A program made the translations under genes and the position numbers. Positions 25,825 through 32,000 of a stretch of DNA of 32,000 nt are shown here, in pieces. The notes below the pieces were generated by a model that was given only the letters and a program-made list of their open reading frames with translations, did no database searches and had not been told where the DNA came from. Origin of the DNA: Desulfobulbus propionicus DSM 2032. Its GTDB lineage: Bacteria > Desulfobacterota > Desulfobulbia > Desulfobulbales > Desulfobulbaceae. Position 1 is the first letter of the stretch. Every line of letters begins with the position of its first letter. The stretch lies in assembly GCF_000186885.1 (NCBI RefSeq), contig NC_014972.1, forward strand, positions 330,001 through 362,000. Direction: 5' to 3'.

Positions 25825-26994
25825 ATGTCTGCTCAAAAAATCTACAGAACCTTTCCATCCATCAACCCTGCTACGGTTTTTCGAAAAATCAGGGAAGAAA
25901 ATCCAATTCTAGACGCAAAGCGTTTTTACCTCTATGCAAGTGGTCGTGCCGCGCTTTATCACGGCGCATTGTGCCTCAAAAAAATAGGCATTCATACCAT
26001 ATACGCCCCTGAATACCATTGCGGCGTTGAGATTGAAGCCTTGGTACGAGCTGGTTTGATTGTGCGTTTTTACCCAATTAAACAAGATCTCTCAAGCGAT
26101 CTTGTTTGGTTAGAATCGAACATGGTAGAAACGAATTGCGCTTTATTAGTAATTCATTATTTCGGATTTGCACAACCGCTTGATCAGATTGTTCAATTAT
26201 GCAAGCGTAAAAAGATACTTTTAATCGAAGATTGCGCACACGCCCTGTATTCTTCATTTGAAAATAATTTTTTAGGTTCATTTGGCGATATGGCCATTTT
26301 TAGCCTCCATAAAACTATTCCAATGCCGAATGGTGGTGGATTGCTTATTAATAATAAAGAAATACCTACACCTAACCCTGTAAAAATTAAATATGATTTT
26401 GTTTTATTGAAAATTACTCTAAGATCAATTCTCAATTATTACATTAATGCAGGGAAAATCATGGCTCTGTTTTCTCAAAGCATTATAAATCTCTACAATA
26501 AATTAATATATAACCGCGATGTAGTTATCCATCATATTGAAGAAAATCAGAATAGTTCTCCATGGTATTACGAAGTTAAGCAATATAATTACAAAGATGG
26601 AATAGCAATTATTTCAAAAATATTGCTACGTCCTCAATCGTATAAAAAAATAATTGAAAAAAGAAAATTTAATTACAACAAGCTGTTGAGATCATTAAAT
26701 TTTGGACCATTATTTCTTCCTGTTTTTGGAGAATTACCTGAAGGATGTAATCCTCTTTGCCTTCCTTTAAAAGTAAATAACAGTGATTATTGGTTAAAAA
26801 AACTGCAAAATTCAAATTTGGAAATTTTTGTATTTGGCAGATTTTGTCATCCTCTTTATAATCGCAATGAAATCAAATCTAATGAATTAGGAAGAAAAAT
26901 TATTTGCCTACCTATTCATCAACAATTAAATCAAAGTGATATGAATCAATTAATAACATTAATCAATGAAAATTTACGTGTTAAGGATAACTGA
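25825..26994 (+). CDS. DegT/DnrJ/EryC1-like PLP-dependent enzyme (divergent)
   Basis: Motifs are 'SGRAALYHGALCL', 'LIEDCAHAL' and 'GDMAIFSLHKTIPMPNGGGLL' (candidate PLP Lys). The G+C decline starts inside this gene. Confidence 0.65.
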   Translation: MSAQKIYRTFPSINPATVFRKIREENPILDAKRFYLYASGRAALYHGALCLKKIGIHTIYAPEYHCGVEIEALVRAGLIVRFYPIKQDLSSDLVWLESNMVETNCALLVIHYFGFAQPLDQIVQLCKRKKILLIEDCAHALYSSFENNFLGSFGDMAIFSLHKTIPMPNGGGLLINNKEIPTPNPVKIKYDFVLLKITLRSILNYYINAGKIMALFSQSIINLYNKLIYNRDVVIHHIEENQNSSPWYYEVKQYNYKDGIAIISKILLRPQSYKKIIEKRKFNYNKLLRSLNFGPLFLPVFGELPEGCNPLCLPLKVNNSDYWLKKLQNSNLEIFVFGRFCHPLYNRNEIKSNELGRKIICLPIHQQLNQSDMNQLITLINENLRVKDN

Positions 26995-26999
26995 CGGTA

Positions 27000-28316
27000 A
27001 TGCGGGTAATTTTATTAAAAATTTTATTTCCAATTCTATCATTATTTAGTTTTGTTAATCCATTTTATGGAGTCATTAACTATACTTTTATTTCAGTAAT
27101 TAGGCCAGAGCAACTAACATACGGTTCACCAATCATTGGGAACGTATTTGCTTTGGCAATAGGTTGCTTATTCATTGCTTGTATTACCAAAAAAGAAAAA
27201 TTAATTTTTGCAATTTCAAATAAATTTTTTGTAAGTTTTTTATTATTTGTAATTTTTCTATATGTATCAACATACTTTAGTCCTTTTACGGATTTCACTG
27301 AAACACGTGGTAGCATATATTATCTTCAGCAATTTCCACAGATTTTTGTTTTTTGCCTTTGCTTATATGCTGTGCTTACTAGATTAACGAAAAAAGAAGT
27401 TCAATTTTATTTATATATATTGACTTTTTTATTTTTATTTATGGGATTATGGGGGATTGAACAATATTTTCGTGGAAATACACTGGTAGAAAATCTTTTT
27501 GGCACAGCCATTGTCGATCGATGTGGAATAACAGCTGTTTTTATACTATACTTTCCAATCTCTTTATATTTATTTATTTCTAATAAAGGATTCAAAAAAA
27601 TATTTGGCCTTATCAGTTCCATTACTTTCATGGTTATGATAATTTTAACTCAATCGAGAGCTGGTTTTCTTGGTTTTTTGATGACTCTTTTTGTTTTGTG
27701 GCTGCACTCAAAACAAAAAATAAAATTATTATTGATATCATTTGTTTTTGTAATTCCTGTCTTATTTATTTTGCCTAACGAGTATATCTCTAGAATAAAA
27801 ACTATTAAATATGATTCGGTTAAAAATGAAGAAATTTTAGATTTGTCTGCAGCTTCAAGGATTGTTTTATGGAAAATTGCTTTAAAAATATTTCAAGATA
27901 ACCCGGTCGCAGGGATTGGAAATTTGAATTTTTCCAAGGCTGGAATAATCTATCATTCTGATTTTATAGGTAAAATAAATGAAGATTTATATGAATATAT
28001 ATTCGATCATAAAACAATTAAATTGTCTCATAGTCATAATACTTTTATTAATATTCTAGCAGAAGGTGGACTTATTGCAACTATTCCGTTTTTTATTGTT
28101 CTATTTTTACCAATAGTAAACGGACATTTTTTGATAAAAAAATATATCAACAAAGAAAATGATTATGCAAAACTCTTGTTATATATAAACAGTGGCTTGA
28201 TTGGATTTTATGTAGCAGCTATTTTTGCGAATCTATTATTACTCGATTTTCTTTATTGGAATCTTACACTTTCATATTTTATTGGAAATAAGATATACAA
28301 TGATAGTGAATTATAA
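27000..28316 (+). CDS. O-antigen polymerase/ligase family protein (Wzy_C-type)
   Basis: 438 aa with at least 10 TM helices. The 'ILTQSRAGFLGFLMTLFVLW' block is typical of Wzy/WaaL-type proteins, followed by a large loop and C-terminal helices. The gene is very low in G+C. Confidence 0.75.
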   Translation: MRVILLKILFPILSLFSFVNPFYGVINYTFISVIRPEQLTYGSPIIGNVFALAIGCLFIACITKKEKLIFAISNKFFVSFLLFVIFLYVSTYFSPFTDFTETRGSIYYLQQFPQIFVFCLCLYAVLTRLTKKEVQFYLYILTFLFLFMGLWGIEQYFRGNTLVENLFGTAIVDRCGITAVFILYFPISLYLFISNKGFKKIFGLISSITFMVMIILTQSRAGFLGFLMTLFVLWLHSKQKIKLLLISFVFVIPVLFILPNEYISRIKTIKYDSVKNEEILDLSAASRIVLWKIALKIFQDNPVAGIGNLNFSKAGIIYHSDFIGKINEDLYEYIFDHKTIKLSHSHNTFINILAEGGLIATIPFFIVLFLPIVNGHFLIKKYINKENDYAKLLLYINSGLIGFYVAAIFANLLLLDFLYWNLTLSYFIGNKIYNDSEL

Positions 28317-29415
28317 TATTCAAAACAAAATTAATTGTTTTCGTGGTCTTGCTATAATAGGAGTGTTAATTATACATTCCTCGGCGCCAATTATTAATCC
28401 AAAATTTCAAAGTCCTTCTATATGGATTGATATTACAATAATATTTAATCAAATCTCACGTTACAGTGTGCCATTATTTTTTTTTATATCAGGATTTTTA
28501 TATGGAAATATTTATTCTGAAAAAAATATTAATTATATTTATTTCATAAAACGACGTTTTGTTAAAATAATAATACCTTTTATAATTTGGTCAATCATAT
28601 ATTTAATATTACGGTTGACAACAGGTGATATTGAAAGTGATGAAATTAATTTTATTAATTTAATCAAAATTGTCATCACGGGTTCAGCTTATGGTCATTT
28701 ATATTTTATACCTTCGATATTTCAATTTTATCTTTTATTGCCATTAATCTTGTGGATTTCAAAAAAAATATTCAATTCCTATATTGAATATTTTTATTTA
28801 TTTGTCTTAATTATTTTATTTAGCATTGTTTACGAAGTGAGGATAGTCAATTTATTAAGCAATAAAAATGATTTAATTTTTCTAAAAAGTTATTGGTTTT
28901 ATTGGTGGTACCCATTTGCAGCAATAGGTATATTGGTTGGATTAGGTTCAAATATTATTTTTAAAATTAATAAAAAATTATTATTTATAGGAGCTTGCAT
29001 TTTTTTATATATAATTTGCTACGAATATATAAAAGCTTTCCATGAATGGCCCAAATTTTCAGATACTATTGGTAATATATTAGATATTAATCAAATCGCC
29101 ACTTTTTTGCGACCAGGAGCTTACTGGTATGCTCTAAGTGTTTGTTTTTTACTTTTTCGGTGTATCTATAGTAATAGTATTTTAGAGTTTACATTGATTA
29201 GTTCTTTTGGTAAATATTCTTTTGGAATTTACTTTTTACATCCTATGATCAATAAAATTATTATTAAATTTATAAAATTATTAGAAGTTGACCTAACTCA
29301 TAATTTATGGAGTAGTATAATACTGTTTTTTATAGGTTCCAGTCTAACTTATGTAATAGTTGCACAATGTTCAAAAATAAAAGATTCTGAATATTTTTTT
29401 GGAACTGTTCGATAA
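28300..29415 (+). CDS. Acyltransferase family 3 (membrane O-acyltransferase)
   Basis: The ATG at 28300 is in frame with track ORF 28225.. and overlaps the wzy-like end by 17 nt. The N-terminus 'INCFRGLAIIGVLIIHSS' is the family signature (R..H), and about 10 TM helices follow. Confidence 0.8.
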   Translation: MIVNYNIQNKINCFRGLAIIGVLIIHSSAPIINPKFQSPSIWIDITIIFNQISRYSVPLFFFISGFLYGNIYSEKNINYIYFIKRRFVKIIIPFIIWSIIYLILRLTTGDIESDEINFINLIKIVITGSAYGHLYFIPSIFQFYLLLPLILWISKKIFNSYIEYFYLFVLIILFSIVYEVRIVNLLSNKNDLIFLKSYWFYWWYPFAAIGILVGLGSNIIFKINKKLLFIGACIFLYIICYEYIKAFHEWPKFSDTIGNILDINQIATFLRPGAYWYALSVCFLLFRCIYSNSILEFTLISSFGKYSFGIYFLHPMINKIIIKFIKLLEVDLTHNLWSSIILFFIGSSLTYVIVAQCSKIKDSEYFFGTVR

Positions 29416-29427
29416 TAAACATAGACC

Positions 29428-30917
29428 ATGATAATTAAAAGGATAATATTTAACGTTTTATCAAACTACGCTCACCTTTTTATTTCAGTTGTTTTGGCCT
29501 TGGTAATGTCACCATTTATTGTACATACCTTGGGGGATTTTTTTTACGGGGTATGGTCAATAATAGCAGCAATAACCGGATACTTTTCACTTCTCGATCT
29601 TGGAATAAATAGGGCAATAGTTCGATATATTTCAAAATATGAAGCAGAAAATAATATCAACGCTTTAAATAAATTTTTCAACACAAGTTTATTATTGTTT
29701 GTTTTTTTAGGTTTGCTAATCGTATTGGCAACATTTATTACTACATTTTATCTCGATACAATTCTGGATTTAAAAGAATATTCGACTATATCAAAAATCG
29801 TATTTTTAATAGTTGGCATTGATTTTGCTTTTTCATTTCCATTTGGAGCTATTTATGCAGTTATTATAGCTAAACAACGGCACACAATTGCTAATAAAAT
29901 TAATATAATTAGTAGCATATCGAGAAATTGTGCGATTTACGCATCACTTTCGTTTATGCCTGATATTGTTATTCTTGCCGTGTGTAATGTGTTTTTCAAT
30001 TTAATAAGAAATTTTTGTATTTTTTATGAAGCAAAAAAAATATCTCCGGAAATTTCTTATAAATTGACATTTTTTGATAAAAAAATAATTAGAAATATTT
30101 TTAATTACAGCCTGTATAGTTTCGCTGTATCAGTCTCTTCAAGAATCATAAGTTTCACCGACGAAATAGTTGTTGGACTCTTCTTGACGGTAAGCGATGT
30201 TACTTACTACGCTATTGCTGTTAATCTAGTCACTTATTTTGAAAAATTGATATGGGCTGGTGCTAGTGTTTTAGTTCCTTATATCAGTCAATTAGACTCA
30301 TCCAATGACCATGAAGGGATAGAAAGGGCTTTTTACCAATCCTTTAAATATACTCTTCTTTTTACCCTTTTTATATTCTTTGGCATTATATTTTTAGGGC
30401 GTCCCTTTATCGATATATGGATGGGGGAGACGTATGGAGAAAAAGCCTTTCCTGTTTTAATAATCCTAGCAACTGCTAAAGTTGTATCGCACGGGCAATC
30501 GATTACTATTGCGCGTTTTTTAGGGACAAGTAATCATAAATTCCTTGGTATTATTAATTCGTTGGAAGCTTTATCAAATTTGGTGCTTAGTTTATTTCTA
30601 GTTGTGCATTATCAATTAATAGGGGTTGCTATAGGAACTTGATCCCCTGTCTAATTTTTAATGGTGTCATCCTGCCAGTCTACACTGTGTATTCATTTAA
30701 GATTCAACCTTCAGTTTTCTTGAAAAAGGCTCTCTTCGGGCCGTTGGCCACCTTTTCGATATCCTGTTTGATAATTTACAAATTAGATCTTACTTCACTG
30801 AGATACAGCGACCTGCTTTTAAATGGTTTCCTGATGTCTTTTATATTTGGTATATTTAGCTTAATGGTTTGTCTAGATTTAAGATTATACAGGAGAGTTG
30901 CTTCTAAAAATGAATAA
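29428..30917 (+). pseudogene. Wzx-type polysaccharide flippase (MOP superfamily), split by a 1-nt frameshift at ~30640
   Basis: ORF 29428..30642 (404 aa, about 10-11 TM) ends '..LIGVAIGT*'. The next frame continues '(L)IPCLIFNGVILPVYTVY..' with two or three more TM helices to 30917. Together the length is about 495 aa, typical for Wzx. One extra T in 'ggaacttgatc' would fuse them. Confidence 0.75.
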
Positions 30918-32000
30918 GTTTAAAATCGCTATCATACGCCCCATTGGCTATCCTATTGATTTAAAATCATATAATTCTCAAGAAATAGGTCTCGCTAGGG
31001 CGTTAACGCTTCAGGGGGTAAATGTAGATGTTTTTTTGGCAGGTAGGACTTCAAAACCAGAGAGACAAAAAATAGTTACTACGGGGGAGGGAGAGCTACA
31101 CGTCTATCAATTGCCCTATTATAAAATCCCTGAAATAGATCATGCTATTTATCCTCATTTGAAAGGAATTTTAATTAAAAACCAATACAATCTTTTCCAT
31201 GTCAATGAAGAAAACGAAATCACGTCTTTCCTTGTTGCTAAATTGGGAAAGAAAATTGGTGTTCCAGTCGTTATTTATCAAGGTATGTATCAACAACTTA
31301 CGGGTCGAATTAGGGCAGCGTTTCAAACATTATATGATCATACTGTGTTACCTTGGTTAAGCAAGAATATTTATTTGGCTCTTGCAAAAACTACCAGTGC
31401 AGAAAAACATTTAAAAATGAAAGGTTTTGAAAATACTTTAGTAATGCCTGTGGGGCTGGACACATCTGCATTTGATAACCCTACCGAGATAGATTGGCGC
31501 GCCAAGCTTAAAATTTCCCGCCAGGCGAAGATAATTCTTTACATAGGAGTGTTTGAAAAAAGACGTAACATCCAGTTTCTGTTGGATTTGGCAAAATTAT
31601 TTATAAATAAAAGCGATTTATTTTTTGTTTTTGTTGGCAAGGGAGATGAATTTGAAACAGCTAAAATTCGCACGGAAAAAGAACAGCTTGTGAATGTCAG
31701 GTTACCAGGCCATATACCTCAAAGCGAGTTGCCTTCCTTATACAAAGAAGGTACACTTTTTTTGTTACCGAGTAATTATGAAATATACGGAATGGTTGTT
31801 TTGGAATCGATGTTTTTTGGCGTTCCTGTGATATCTACATCAACAGCTGGTCCAAAAGATATCATTGAGAATGGTATTGATGGTTACTTATTAGATAATT
31901 TAAGTCAAGAACTATGGATAAATTTAATGAACCAAGTGTTAGAAAATGACAACTTGCATTTATTTTTAAAAAATAATGCAATAAATAAAATAATTTCAAA
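30910..32000 (+). CDS. Glycosyltransferase, GT-B fold (GT4 family), 3'-partial
   Basis: This ORF is not in the track because it runs off the window. The ATG at 30910 overlaps the previous stop, and I translated it by hand as 'MNKFKIAIIRPIGYPIDL...'. The EX7E region is 'LPSNYEIYGMVVLESMFFGVPVISTSTAGPKDIIENGIDGYLL' (in-frame check at 31768). Confidence 0.85.
   Translation, partial: MNKFKIAIIRPIGYPIDLKSYNSQEIGLARALTLQGVNVDVFLAGRTSKPERQKIVTTGEGELHVYQLPYYKIPEIDHAIYPHLKGILIKNQYNLFHVNEENEITSFLVAKLGKKIGVPVVIYQGMYQQLTGRIRAAFQTLYDHTVLPWLSKNIYLALAKTTSAEKHLKMKGFENTLVMPVGLDTSAFDNPTEIDWRAKLKISRQAKIILYIGVFEKRRNIQFLLDLAKLFINKSDLFFVFVGKGDEFETAKIRTEKEQLVNVRLPGHIPQSELPSLYKEGTLFLLPSNYEIYGMVVLESMFFGVPVISTSTAGPKDIIENGIDGYLLDNLSQELWINLMNQVLENDNLHLFLKNNAINKIIS

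Noticed and set aside
1-32000. Looked for CRISPR arrays, tRNA/rRNA genes, toxin-antitoxin pairs, phage or integrase genes and defence-system signatures
   Set aside because: There are no regularly spaced direct repeats and no cloverleaf-like or rRNA-like segments. The only mobility gene is the IS5 transposase. Every long ORF is explained by polysaccharide biosynthesis functions.

Overview
All supported genes lie on the + strand and form one ~32 kb surface-polysaccharide locus of a diderm bacterium. It opens with the 3' part of an exosortase gene that carries the Cys/Arg/His signature. This is followed by the marker set of the PEP-CTERM/exosortase-A EPS system: a NodB-type deacetylase, a FemAB-family protein, a GT2 and an AsnB-type amidotransferase. 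Next come a hexapeptide O-acetyltransferase and three GT-B glycosyltransferases. A tightly coupled nine-gene block at 12.2-22.2 kb then reads like an Arn/Gtr-style lipid-carrier sugar-decoration pathway (PLP aminotransferase, TM-anchored GT2, flippase-like protein, GT-C transferase). It also carries an FAD oxidoreductase, an ATP-grasp ligase, a HAD phosphatase and a GNAT/FemAB-fold enzyme, and it is my best candidate for an undescribed system. Downstream are an 823+ aa uncharacterised protein (possible alpha/alpha-toroid glycanase or lyase), a second NodB deacetylase and a DegT-like enzyme. G+C falls steeply at ~26 kb, and a low-GC Wzy / acyltransferase-3 / Wzx / GT4 cassette runs off the window end. 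Four genes are disrupted: a G7-tract frameshift (deacetylase), an IS5-family insertion (tandem-fused GT2), and single-nucleotide frameshifts at the N-terminus of the 823-aa gene and in Wzx. I saw no rRNA, tRNA or CRISPR array. All family calls come from motif recognition by eye, not from database searches.
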